From positions 104,782,001 to 104,846,000 of the forward strand of contig NC_087436.1 of NCBI RefSeq assembly GCF_036321535.1: a stretch of 64,000 nucleotides of DNA, given 5' to 3'. This document shows, piece after piece, positions 24,801 to 37,281 of the stretch. The stretch comes from Camelus dromedarius (taxonomy: Eukaryota). Both the position numbers and the translations under genes were made by a program. The notes beneath the pieces were generated by a model. That model did no database searches, was not told the origin of the DNA, and saw only the letters and a list, made by a program, of their open reading frames with translations. The number at the start of each line of letters is the position of its first letter. The stretch's first letter is position 1.

Positions 24801-25004
24801 GACCCACAAATCCCTGCTGCTGAGAAGTAATGAGATGCCTGAAACTCGAGGGGCTTCCTGGGATTCGTTTATTCATTTGTTGACTTCTACCATTTTGCGG
24901 AGCACTTGCTATATGTCAGGCACTGTTCTAAGCATTAGATAATGTTCTCGCCCTTGTGGTGCTTGTATTCTAGTTGGGGAGGTAAATACTCAATAGATTT
25001 AAAA

Positions 25005-25780
25005 AATGAGGACAGTTTGGCAATTTCTTACAAAATTGAACATACCCTTCCCATACAATCCAGCAATTACTCTCCTTGGAATTTAGCCAAAGGAGTTGAA
25101 AACTTGTGTCTACTCAAAAACCCACACACGGCTGTTTGTAGCAGCTTTGATCAAAATTGCTAAAACTTGGAGGCAACCACTATGTCCTTCAGTAGGTGAA
25201 CAGATAAATAAACTGAGGTGCATTCAGACAATGGGATATTATACAGACCTAAAAAGAATGAGCTATCAAGCCATGAAAAGGCATGGAGGAAACTTAAGTG
25301 TGTATTACTAAATGAAAAAAGGCAGTCTGAAGTCTACATCTACATACTATATGATTTCAACTACATGACTTTCTGGAAAAGGCAAAACTATAGAGACAGT
25401 AAGAAGATCAGTGTCTGCCAGAGTTTAGGGGACAGAGAGGGATGAATAGACAGAACCCAGAGGATCTGAAGGGAAGTGCAAATACTTGGTGTGGTACCAT
25501 AATAGTGGATTCCTGTTGTTATACATTTGTCCCAACCCACAGTGTATACAACACCATGAATGAACCATCACATAAACTATGGACTTTGGATGATAATCAT
25601 GCGTCATTGTAGGTTTATGGTTTGTAATGCAGGTACCCCTCTGGTGGAGGGTGTTGAGAGTGGGGGAGGCAGTGGGTATGTGAGGGCAGAGGATATACAG
25701 GAACTGTTTATACTCTCTGCTCAGTTTTTCTGGGAACCTAAAACTGCTCTAGAAAATAAAATCTATTTAAAAAAAAAAAA
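25005..25780 (+). mobile_element. L1MB/L1MC 3' end with poly-A tail, inserted within L2 remnants
   Basis: gacagtttggcaatttcttacaaaattgaacatac...aatccagcaattactctccttgg...gcaaccactatgtccttcagtaggtgaa...acctaaaactgctctagaaaataaaatctattt(a)12. L2-like sequence flanks it at about 24865-24990 and 25950-26330. Confidence 0.85.
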
Positions 25781-26829
25781 TCCTCCCTCCCCCTTCAAAA
25801 AATAGAAGAGGTTTAGAAAGCTCTGGCATTGTGTTTTAATTTCTCTGGAAGCCATAGGTGGAAAGAAAGGATTCTAAGTGGGGGGGGGGGGACAAAAAAC
25901 TAGGGGAAGGGGTTACTCCAGATGAAAGGAAGCTAAAGGGACAGTCCATAACTCACTCACTCACTCATTCACTCAATAAATAAATGGAGTAATAAGTGCT
26001 GGAGAGAAAAGTAGAGCCAGCAAGGGGACTGGGGGTAGGGAGTGGGGTCCACTATTTTAAATTGGGAATCAAGGAAGGCTCTCTGAGAAAGTGGCAGAGA
26101 CCTGAATGAAGAGAAGGGGGAGCCATGTGACTACTGGGAGGATGAACCAGCCACGTGGAGGGAACTGTGAGTGCAAAAGTGCCGAGCCCACCATGCACTC
26201 ACTCTTCAAAGAACAGCAAGGAGGTTGGTGCAACTGGAGAGGAGTGAGCGGAGGGGATATGGAGATGATCTGGACAAGGACACCATGCCCTCTGCCTCAC
26301 GGATCACAGAGGCCATTGGATGTTACTGTGTGTGTGATGCAGAGCCTCTGGGTGGGGGTGGGGGGGTCCTGAGCAAACCTCCAAAGCCAGTGTCTTTGGG
26401 GGAAGTCCAGCTGCTCTGCGGTTTTCATTCTTTACTCAGATGCCTGTCTCCCTTACCCACAGAGCCCTGATGTTTCCCAAAAAGCCCCTGTACTCAGAAG
26501 AGCAGGAATGAGTTTTCCTTCCTGGGATCAAAGTGAGCTCGTCCCCAGAGCCACCATGACGTGACCCTGAACAACCCTCTCGGCTCCTCGTTCTCCCTCT
26601 CTCTCGCCCAGCGCCTCCCTCCAGCAGCCGGATCCATTTGCCAGGTGCTAAATGCAGCCTGCCTCTGCCCGCCTCTGGGTCTTTGCTCTAAGTCTTCCCT
26701 CTTTCTGGAACGACTTTCTCCCCAAAGCCTCTCGTATAGTCCTTCTCTCCAAGGATGTTCTCAAATCCCACTTCTTCTAGGAAATCTTCTAGATCACTTG
26801 ACTTGAAATGCACTCTTCTCTCCTAAACT

Positions 26830-27292
26830 CCCATTTGGATTATTTTTGGCTGCATAACTAACTACCCAAAATGTGCTTAAAAATTAAAACAATAATTTAC
26901 TATCTCTGGAAATGCTGTGGGTTTACTAGGCATTCTTCTGCATCACAAGGGGTAGCTGGGCGCTGGTACAGCTAAATTCGTTTGGAGGCTTGGCTGGACT
27001 GTACGATCTAAGACAGCTCACACCTATAGCTGAGAGCCGGTGCTCAGCTGGACCAAGGGGAGCACTTATAGGCGGCATCTCCCAGCATGGAGGCTCCATT
27101 CCAAGAGAGAGCATCCCAGGGAAATCAGGAGTTGAGTCACAGGTCTCCTGATGGCTTAGACTTGGGAGGCACCTGGAGTCATTTCAGCTACATTCTATTG
27201 GTCAAAGATCATGGCTGGACTAGTTTCAAGGTGGGAGTTGGGGCATTGGACGGGGGCTAGACCCCAGCTCTGCAGTTATCTTTAATCCAGCA
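26830..27292 (-). mobile_element. MaLR (MLT1H/I-like) LTR
   Basis: ggctgcataactaactacccaaaatgtgcttaaaa...acattctattggtcaaag...gcagttatctttaatccagcaca. Confidence 0.6.
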
Positions 27293-28350
27293 CAACTCTC
27301 TTTTCCCACATACTGATTAAAATGTTTATCTCCTTTTGCCTATATGAAAATAGTTTGTGTCTTTTATCTTACATACTAGATTTTAAGGCCCTGATGAGAG
27401 ATCACATATTATTTAACCCAATTCTTTCAGTGTAATAACCACAATAATAACAACAAACATTAATTAAGTGCCTGCTATGTGCTTGATCTCATCTGCTCAA
27501 ACATAAAATTTCATCTAATCTCTACCCAGACACGACAGACATTATGACATTTTACAAATGGGGAAAGTGAGGCAAGGAAAGATTCGGTCTTGCCTCAAGC
27601 CACAAAACTGGTAAGTGGCAGAGTCAGAATTTGAACCCACTGAAGAGTCCGTGTTCTCATTCTCTGTTCTATTGCCACCTTACAATCTTGGCACCAAGGA
27701 AGTGTGTTCGAATTAATCTGTGTTGGCTTTCCTGAAGTGTCACTGAGCAGAAGAACAAAAGGGAAGAAGAAAGAATGCAATACAGAAAGTGAGTGATGGC
27801 ATGGAATCGTGCTCCAGGTGGCTCCAGTCAATACGTGGTCCAGGGCATCATTTGCAGCCTGCTAGATAGAGCGTTTAGGAGTCAGCAAGAAGCAGGAGCA
27901 TTTATTGGATCTGAACGCCTGAGGCAAAACTTTCCTCCCAAATCCCAATTTTCTATCTGCCAAGATAAGTGATGGAGGTTTATGGTTCACGTTCTAGAAC
28001 ATCCACCCAGGCCAGGGACCTACAAATCTGAATTTTGGCCTGCTTCCTTCCAGCTAGAAGTGAATCTAGATTTACTTCCCATCAGGAACAAGCACCATCT
28101 CCCTGCTCTGTGAGATCCTGGTTTTTAGAGGATTCTGCTTTTATTCTGGGAATATCAATCTATGTGTCGAAGGCCCTTCTCTGTGGAAAAGAGACACCAA
28201 AACCTAAAATAAGTGGAAACTTCACATCCAGGGAGATGACAAATAAAATTTCAATGTTTCTTACATTAAACAACCTCTTATACCTCTCTGTTCTTTTATA
28301 AATACAAGGGCATCAATGGGCCAAAAGTCCAGAAAAACTGCCATAGTTCC

Positions 28351-28703
28351 TGTCTGAGTCCATTCCGGCTGCTGTCACAAAATGCCATAGACAGGGCGGT
28401 TTATAAACTCAAGCATTTCTTTCAAACAGGTCTGGAGGCTGACAGTCCAAGATCGTGGAGCCAGCATGGTTGGGATGGGCCCTCTTTCTGTATGAACGGG
28501 GTCCTTTCTGCTGTGTCCTCCTATGGTGGAAGGGGCCAGGGGTCTCTCTGAACCCTCTTTTTTAAAAGCATTAATGCCATTCATGAAGTTCACCCTTATG
28601 ACTTAAGCATCTCCCAAAGGCCCCACCTCCTAATTCTATCACCTTTGAGGGTTAAGATTTCAACATATGAATTTTAGAGGAACACAAACATTCAAACCAA
28701 ACA
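28351..28703 (-). mobile_element. Complete MaLR solo LTR (MLT1A/MST-like), 353 bp
   Basis: TG...CA termini (tgtctgagtccattccggctgctgtcacaaaatgccatagac ... aacacaaacattcaaaccaaaca) with perfect 5-bp TSD GTTCC at 28346-28350 and 28704-28708. Confidence 0.85.
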
Positions 28704-29239
28704 GTTCCTCGGTAAGAATGTGAATAGTCAGTGCAGAAAATTGAGACAGACTGTTTTTAGCTTCTCTCCCAGGTCACCTCCACATTCGTAGGTCTGACGG
28801 CCCCCTGCCACTTGCTCACCATGCTTGAAGGACATAGCCTTGGGACAGTGGCCACATTCTCGGATGTTACAGAGCAGGCGTGTCTTCACTGCTTCAAGGA
28901 TACAGGCAGCCTCTGTGCACCTTGGGAATGAAAAAAGGATTTCACTGGTCAGCCTGGTCAGCCAACATTTTTCATCCTTTACATTCAATCCTCTTTGCTC
29001 CAGGCCCACCCCTGAGCCCCTGGAAGGAGAAAAGGGTAAGTCGGCTAATAAAATGTGTAAGTATTAATAAAAATACTGCCTAAAGACCCTAGAAAGTCTG
29101 AAGTGGGTGCAACTCTGCCAAATGACAGAGAAATTTGTTCTGAAAATACCAATTGCTTGTGTAAGGTCAATCAAAAAATCGTACTTCTTTAGAGACAACA
29201 TGCTCTGATACAGACTGTTGGTCCTACTGAATATCTTAC

Positions 29240-29825
29240 CCCCTTTATGCTTGCCATTCACCCCTATAGTCATTCTTCACCTACCAGCCTGCGCTAACTT
29301 TGAGAAATTGAAATCAGATTATATGATCTCTTGCCCAGTCACTTAAAATAATATCCAAACATCTTACCATGTCTTGGAAGGTTCTAGGTCACTTGTCCCC
29401 ACCTACCTCTTCCAACCTCATCTCCCTCCATTCTCCCACATTATAGGTCCCACCACACAAGTTTCCTGTTTTTGAACACATCAAATTTGAGCTGGCCTCT
29501 GGGCCTTTGCACATGCAGTGCCCTCTGTCTGAAATGCCTTGGGCCCAGCTCTTGTCCTGGCTTTATTGCTATTTAAACATCTATTCAAGAAGCACTGCCT
29601 CAGAGTGCTGTCCCTGACCACGCAGTCCAAAGTAGTCCTCACCCCTGTCACCCTCCATTCATCTCCTTGTTCTCTCTTCTATAGCACCCTCAACCTACCT
29701 ATTTACACATGAGTATTCGCCCCTCACTCTAGAATGTAAGCACCATGAGATTAGGAACTGTGTGTCCAGCACCGTCCGAAATACTTGGCACATAATAGAT
29801 GCTCAATAAATATTTGTTGAATGGC
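29240..29825 (+). mobile_element. L2 LINE 3' end
   Basis: gggcctttgcacatgcagtgccctctgtctgaaatgcc...ctagaatgtaagcaccatgag...ttggcacataatagatgctcaataaatatttgttgaatg. Confidence 0.8.
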
Positions 29826-32800
29826 TGAAGATAACCGTTTCCTATGTTTTCCAGGCATTTTAGAGAAACTATCACACAGGGAAGATCCTTGGAAATTTAA
29901 CCTCTCTTGGGAAGGCAGGGAAAGCCTTGCATCACATTAATTATTTAATTACCTTCAAAGCTTGGGATTTCAGGACGATTTTCTTCCCGATTCCACTTGT
30001 CACAGCTACATGCTCTCAGGCCTAATCGTCGCACCTGTGACTCTTCTGCTGCTTGCTGGTTTCTGGTCTCCCGATAGGATTAGTACAGCCAAAAAGCATC
30101 TGCAGACTGTTATTATTGGCATCTTTTGAGATTTTAATTAATGGAGTATTTTTTTTTTCTTTCTCATTCATGGTCAGGATTTTGCTTAACTTGTTAGAGC
30201 TTATCATTTAGAGGAGGCTGGAGGAGGGTGCCTAGGGCTGATGAGAGGTGCCAGGGCTGCCCTTAGCTGCTGGTGAAGGAATCATCTTTGTTCTGGCTGC
30301 CTCCCCCCATATCCATGTGGTCCACACCCCATGTGGGAGGATGGGCACGAAACATGATTGTTGGCTGCAGTGGGTGGTTGGACTTGCTGGGACCTCTCTG
30401 CTGACCAGACATTTCTTTCCATCTATGGCATCTTTGTGGACCTGGGGGTCCCCAGATTTTCAGCTGGTGAGGCCAGCAGTTAGCAGTTCACACTGTTGTT
30501 TTGTTATTTGGGCACCTTTGTCTCAGCATTTGGGCTTCCATCCAGGCTGCCTCAGCACTTTTGAATGAGCAAGGTCTGGGAATAGTCCATCCACAGGGCC
30601 AGCTTGGCAGGCGAAGGCTTCTCAGCTGAGCATGGGATAAGTCTGACTGGTCTCCCTCTGGCCTGAGGTCCAGCCATTACTTCTCACTTCCACCTGCTCT
30701 AAAGCTTTCACAGCCATGTAAGGCCTGGGGAAAGTTCTGCCTTTAGATGGAACTTTGCAGTGAGATAGATCTGAGTTTGAATCCTACCAATTAATTTTAC
30801 CTTCTAAGCCTCGATTTCTTTGTCTATGAAATGGGGATGAAAACCATAACCTACTTTGCAGGATTTTTTTTTTTGCGAGTATTAAACGAGACACTGCATG
30901 CAAAGTGTTTAGAATAGTGTCAGCTGTTATTATTTGGGTTCAAGTCTGTGTGTGGCACAAGCTAATTTACCTCTCTAGGCCCCAATTTCCTCATCTATAA
31001 AATAGGGATAATGTGACTGTGTGATGCTGAAATGAAAGTACAAGATAAATTGTCAATATATTGATAAATTGATAAACTGTACAACTCTTAGCTGATTTCA
31101 TCATTGAGTCTTCTGCATCTACCCTTGGCCATTAAGTTAAGTTAAGGCCATTAAGTTAAGTTGACTTTCTCATAAAACCCTAAATGTGAACATGCCATCT
31201 GTCTTACTTATTTAAAAAAAAAAAGTAGAACTATAAAATGCGGAGGGCTGTATGCAAACACTGCTGAAAAGTTAAAAAAAAAAAGGCAAATAGCATTAAA
31301 ATGATTATTGCATGAGTGACTGGACTGTCATCCCTCAGGGGAAAATATTTTCCAGTTTGCTTAGAGCAGCAAAAAGAGGAGAAAAAAGATTTGATAGTTA
31401 TTTCAAATCTGTCTCCCCCAGGGAAATTAAACCTGAGTTATGGGGTATTTTTCATAAAGCAAAGTCTAGTATAAAACTAACAAGTTAAAAAAACACCGTG
31501 AGGCTAACTTAAGTGGATTCCGGCAGGGTTTCCCTTAGTGCCAGAATGTATGGGCACTCCTGCCGCAGATCGTCCTTTTCCTCCCACCCCATCCCACTTC
31601 CTCGGCCTGATGGGACCCGGGTCTATCCATAAGGACGTGCCTCACCTGGCTGTGCTCCAGTCTCCCTTGCAGGGACATCCTAGCGTTAACAGCTGATACA
31701 CTGACAGGCTTTCTCAGTCTACATCTCTCCCAGGAGCCGTCCTCATCCCTAGAAGTAATTGAGGACCACAAAGGCAGTATTTTTATATTGAAGCAGCAAG
31801 TTATTATATATAATCTATGGTTTCCTGTTTTTATTTTTTTCAAAAATTACACTGGGTACTTTTCCAGAAGCCTGATGGCTTTTAGCCTCCTTTAAAATTT
31901 TCTGTTCTATGGGCAATTTTAAGGATCAGAGGCATTTCTCATTCAAATCTTTCCAGCACCTCTTGCTGAAACAGAACCTTCTTTTCTGTAGGGAACCCAT
32001 TTCACAGGAGGCTTACGCCACCCTTCCCCATTTACCTGACACAGAACTGCCCAGTCCACACACGTATCCTAGGCTCCTGGCTATAATGACCGGCTCAGAT
32101 AGGCACTGGATTCAAATCAAGCAAATCGGAATCTTCTTTGGATAGTCTCTGATGTTGTAATCCAGAAAGGCCATGTCTTTCCCCTGGGGTTGTTAAGCCA
32201 GGAGGATTTCAGTCTGAGGCTCTGGCAGCCACAGGATGACGGCCTGTCCAAGAAACAGAAGATCGTTAATAAAATTGTTTGTACTCTGGATCAAGCCTTG
32301 CCTGAAGCCAGAACAGTCAGACATTATGTGAGCTAATAAATACACTACACCTTGCTTTTTGAACAGAGTTTCTGTTAGTGCCAACTGAAAGCATCCTGAC
32401 TAATACAGTTAGATTAGCCTATGTATTAGGTTTTTTGAAAATCTTGAAGAATTGATATGATGAAATGAATGTGGTGTAAAGAAATGTGAACTAGAAGGTA
32501 GCATGTCGGATTAAGTTTGGAATTTCCTTTAAAAATAGTGCCTTCCATTTACTGAACCTTTACTATGTGCCAGACGTTTTGTGTACTGCATCCTCTGGGC
32601 TTCTCACCACCCTCCTACATGTTGCCTTCATACTCATTTTAGAAAGGAGAAAATTGAGGCTCAGGGAAATTAAGAGACTTGCCAAAGATGATCCAGGTAG
32701 GAAGTAAGAAAGCCAGGATTTTGCACTCAGATTTGGGGTCAAATAACCCATATCATACAGATCCGGCTAAGATTATCACCAGTTCATTCATTCAGCACTT

Positions 32801-32913
32801 ATTGGACATTAGCTATTTGCCAGGCACGATCCTAGAACACTGGGGATACAAAATAAAAAGGACAGACATCCTTCATCTGCTCACAGTCCAGCAGAGGAGA
32901 CCTTCATTAGGGT

Positions 32914-33371
32914 CTTCATTGGTTTGAATTATCTCCCCTCAAAAGATATCTTGAAGCCCTAATTCCCAGCATTGGTGAATGTGACCATCTTTGGGAATAG
33001 GGTGTCTGCAGACATAATCGAGTTAAAATGAACTCACTGTTAGGGAAGGCTCTAATTCAGTATGACTGGGGTCCTTGTAAGAGGGGAATTTAGACAGAGA
33101 CACACAGGGAAAAGCCACGTGACGAGGGAGGTAGAGATCGGAGTGATACGTCTACAGCCAAGGCACAATAAGGATTGCCTGCTGTCCCCAGAAGCTGGGA
33201 AAGAGGCTTGGAAGAGATTCTCCCTACAAGCTCTCAGAAAGAACAAGCCTTGCCAACACCATAATTTAGGACTTCTAGCCTCCAGAACTGTGAGACAAGA
33301 AATTTCTGTCGTTGCGTGCTACTCATTTTTAGTCTGGGGCACTTTGTTACGGCGGCCCTAGGAAACTGACA
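32914..33371 (+). mobile_element. MaLR solo LTR (MLT1B/C/D-like)
   Basis: ggtttgaattatctcccctcaaaagatatcttgaagccctaa...gaatgtgaccatctttgggaatagggt...gacttctagcctccagaactgtgagacaagaaatttctg...ggcggccctaggaaactgaca. Confidence 0.85.
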
Positions 33372-35124
33372 GTCATCCAGGGCTTCACCTTGTTTATTTG
33401 AGTCTTGCCTAGGATTGCTCTGCCGGTGGCCCACCCAGCTGCACCCCAGGGACAGGTCTCTGCCACCAGGGAGTCACACCCTCTCCTTCCATCACACCTC
33501 GAAGGTGGGCTTCTCCTGGCCATAGCCCCCAGCCCTCTATGCCAAAGCTGTGTGAAGCCACAAGGTCCTGGAATGCTCGGCACCGGGACCCACCCTATAT
33601 GACAACTCTGCCCTCGCCTGCCCTCTAAACACACTCTGGCCCCGGTGGCTGCCCGGGGCCCCACTGTTTACTTTGGACGGGCAAGCACCTGGAGGCTGTG
33701 GACAGCTTGTACCAGGGCGTTGCCCTCCCTTTATATTCCAAGGCTGTTCCGTTTCCAGGATACGGGTCTCACGAATTCTCCTTTGTGATTAACGCCGAAG
33801 CCATTTCTTGATGTACTGTCTTAATAACACGGTGAAGGCACACAGCCTTTGGTTGCCAATTGTGACAGCACTTTTATCTGACCCACCCTCCCCCAGCCCC
33901 TCCCTGTGAGTCAGGCAGGCTGCACAGAGGTGGAAGAAGACGCAAGAAGAGGAATTCAAAGTCAGAAGTAATCAGCGCTTTGCCTAGGGTAGTGATTAGT
34001 TACAATGTGGACCTGCTGCCTAGCATTTTAAGCAATGGCCCAACTTCCTTGAGTTACCAACTCTCTCACAGTGCCGACAGGACTCTTCTAATAATACGCA
34101 TTCACCTGCTGATGTGTTCGGAGGGCGAAATGCCAACTCATTACAAATGGTGATGCTCCTGGTAGCTAAAGCTTTCCCTGTGGGTGAACTTAAACTTTCC
34201 ATACTCCCCAAGAGGAGGGGATGGCAATCATAGTTTCTCCCAAGTGGGTGCCTTCCTATCAACTAGACCATCAACATCTCAAGGCCAGTGCCCCAGTCTT
34301 ACTTTTTCTTTGTGCCTTTAAAAATATCTAACAGAATGGGTGCTTCTGGCCTGCTGGTTGGCCTGATTAAGTACAGAGATTTCATTTGGACCATGCTGTT
34401 CCCCGATATGTTTTCATTGGGTATCGTGGTTAAGAATTTGGGCTTTGGGGCTTGGGAGTCAGACTGCCTGGATTATAATGCTAGCTTTCTGTGTGACTTT
34501 GGGAAGGTTTCTAAACCTCTCTGAGCTCCAGCCTCGCATCTATAAAATGAGATGTTAGAATGAGTCCGTGAGATATGTACCTGAAGTGCTTAGCACTCAA
34601 TAAAACGACAACCATTATTACCATTATTAACAGGCGACGGGCTGAGCTGGGACTTACTCAGTCTTATCTGACTCCAGAGTTCCCGCCATTGCCCATTTCG
34701 GAAACTCAGCGTGCCTTCCACTGGATGGCTCTCCCGCAGCATAGGTGAGCTCTCATAACCAATGCAGGACCAGCAGCCTCTTGCTGGAAGAGCCATGCAG
34801 GAGGTTGCTGAATCTCTTCCACAGATGGTTGGGCACCTATGCTCCCAAACTCACTGCCAAGAGCCCCCATACTCCCACCCTAGTTGACAATCAAGAAATC
34901 TAGGAAACGTCTTTGCCTCTTTGGAGGGAAATAGAGGCTTTCCAGGCTCCTTTTAGGCCTCTCTCTCCCCCAGGGCTTGTCGAGGTCTCATGTTGTAAGG
35001 ACAGGAGCTCAAGGAGGGAAGACTCGCTTTAAGGTTCCACTCAGCACCGCACGACCCCCCCGCCTCAGGGGTACCAGTGCCCATGGTCTCTCAGATCTGG
35101 AAGCAAGGTTCCCAGCTATCCATC

Positions 35125-35556
35125 AATATCAATCTCCTAGGACTGCCATAACAAAGTACCCAAAGCTAGATGGAAATGTGTTGTCTCACAGTTCTGGAGG
35201 CTGGAGTCCAAAACGGAGGTGTCGGCAGAGCCCTGTTCACTGTGCCCAGCGCTAGGGGAGGATTCTTCCTTGCCTGGTGCTTGCCAGCACACCCTGACCC
35301 CCTGACTCGTAGATGCATCATTTCAGTCCCGTGACGTCTTCTCCCTGGTGTCCTCACTCGGTCTTTCCTCTGTGCCTATCTGGCCAGGTGTCCAAATTTC
35401 CCCCTTCTACAAGGACAGCACTTACACTGGGTCAGGGCCCACCCCCAAAGACCCATTTTAACCAGATTACCTCTGCAAAGCCCGTATTTCCAAATAAGGC
35501 TGTATGCTAGGACTGCAGCATATCTTTTTCTAGGAGACACAATTCAGCTCAAACCA
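35125..35556 (-). mobile_element. MaLR solo LTR (MLT1C/D-like)
   Basis: tcctaggactgccataacaaagtaccc...tctcacagttctggaggctggagtccaa...tacctctgcaaagcccgtatttccaaataagg...gacacaattcagc. Confidence 0.8.
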
Positions 35557-35561
35557 CCACC

Positions 35562-35990
35562 TGTGATGGTTAATTTAATGTGTCAACTGGGTTAGGCCAC
35601 GGTACCCAGAGTTTTGATCGAACACAATTCTAGATGTTTCTGTGAAGTTCTTTTTCCAGATGAGATTAACACTTAAGTCAGCAGACTTTGAGTAAAGCAG
35701 ATTAGCCCCCATCTGATCAGCTGAAGGCTTAATAAAAAAAGACTGATCTCCCTGGAAGAGGATATTCTGCCAGTAGACCACCTTTGGACTCTGACAGAAA
35801 TCCTTCCCCAGATCTCCAGGCTTCCAGCTGACCTTGCCGATTTTGGACTGGCCAAGACTCCACAATTATGTGAGCCAATTCCTTAAAACAAATTCTCTCT
35901 CTCTCCCTTGCCACCCCCCATATAGATACAGTTATAGATTCACATGGTGATACACATGGTCTGTTTCTCTGAAGAGCCCTGACTAATCCA
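35562..35990 (+). mobile_element. Complete ERVL solo LTR (MLT2-like), 429 bp
   Basis: tgtgatggttaatttaatgtgtcaactgggttaggccacggtacccag ... ctgtttctctgaagagccctgactaatcca; TG...CA termini with perfect TSD CCACC at 35557-35561 and 35991-35995. Confidence 0.88.
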
Positions 35991-36399
35991 CCACCTGAGG
36001 GTCCCTGTCCCCAGAAGCCCTTCTCCTTAGACCTCAGGCTCTTGCTGCTGCAGACGTGGCAGGGCGGGCAGTGCCTCACCTGCGCAGAGCTGAATGCCTG
36101 AGGCTACCTTCCAGCCCACTTTGCTTCATAAACAAACTATTAGTCAACCACTGAACAAGCATTTCTGAGCCTTCAATTTTTATTAACCCCTTGGCAAAGG
36201 AAGGTTCCACAGTCCAGTCTTGGGGTGAATTGCTATAAGAGATGATGGGGAAGAAATGAGAAGAAATTCCTTCACTTCCCAAGTAAATACAGTTCTGGAA
36301 GCTGCTGTTCTGCATAAGGAGCTAGAGCAGAATCATTCTTTTAAAACAAGGCAGAAAATTTTAAATTCTATCCCAGAGTTCGTGGTCTGGTGACCCAGT

Positions 36400-37281
36400 G
36401 TGGTATAATGAACTGCTTCACAATGGAGTGGCTTAAAATTGTAACTGTTTCATTTGTTCGTGACTTGGAGAGTCAGCAGTTGGTGCTGGGCTCGATGGGG
36501 TGGTTCTTCTGCCTGATCTCTTGTGGAGTCACTGAGGCAGCTTCTGTCATCTGGCAGCATAACCGGGTTCAAGCTGCTATTACAAAAATATCATAAGCTT
36601 TGTGGCTTAAACAACAGAAATGTATTCCTTACTATTCTGAAGCCTGGGAAGTCCAAGATTAAAGTGCCAGCCAATTCAGTTCCTGGTGAGGACTCTCTTC
36701 CTGGTTTGCAGGGGATGTCACCTCCCTGTGTCCTCTCATGACAGAGACAGAGACCATTTCTCTCGTGTCTTTTCTTACAGGGACACTAATTTCATTTATG
36801 AGGGCTCCACCTTCATGACCTCATTGCCTTCCAAAGTTCCACCTCCAAATGCTATCACATTGGGGATGAGGGCTTCAACATGTGAATTTGGAGGACACAA
36901 ACATTCACTCTGCAGCACCGTGACTAGATGGTTCAAGATGGCCTCACTACATGTCTGGCAGTTGGTACTAGCTGTGGCTGTACCATTGGAGTTCTCATCT
37001 TCAAGATGGCTAGCTGGGGCTTCCTTTACCTGGTGGCCATGTGTTCTAAGAAGGTAAGAGCAGAAGCTGCAAGGCTGTTTAAGGCATAAGCTCAGAATTC
37101 ACCAAAATATCACTTCCATTGTATTCCTTTGGTCAAAGCAAGTTACAAGCCTTCCTATGTTCAAGGCAAGGAGGAATAGACCCCACCACTCGACAGCAGG
37201 TGGTTCAAAGTGACATTGCAAAGGGATGTGCATGCACTGATATGAGGATTTATTGCAGCCAACTTTGCAAACAATCTACCA
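36400..37281 (-). mobile_element. Nested MaLR LTRs: MLT1A-like LTR (about 36565-36917) inside an older MLT1-type LTR
   Basis: Outer: gagtggcttaaaa...ggtgctgggctcgatggggtggttcttctg, resuming at actagatggttcaagatggcctcact...ttgcaaacaatctacca. Inner: gctgctattacaaaaatatcataagctttgtggcttaaacaacagaaatg...ggaggacacaaacattcactctgcagca. Confidence 0.7.
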
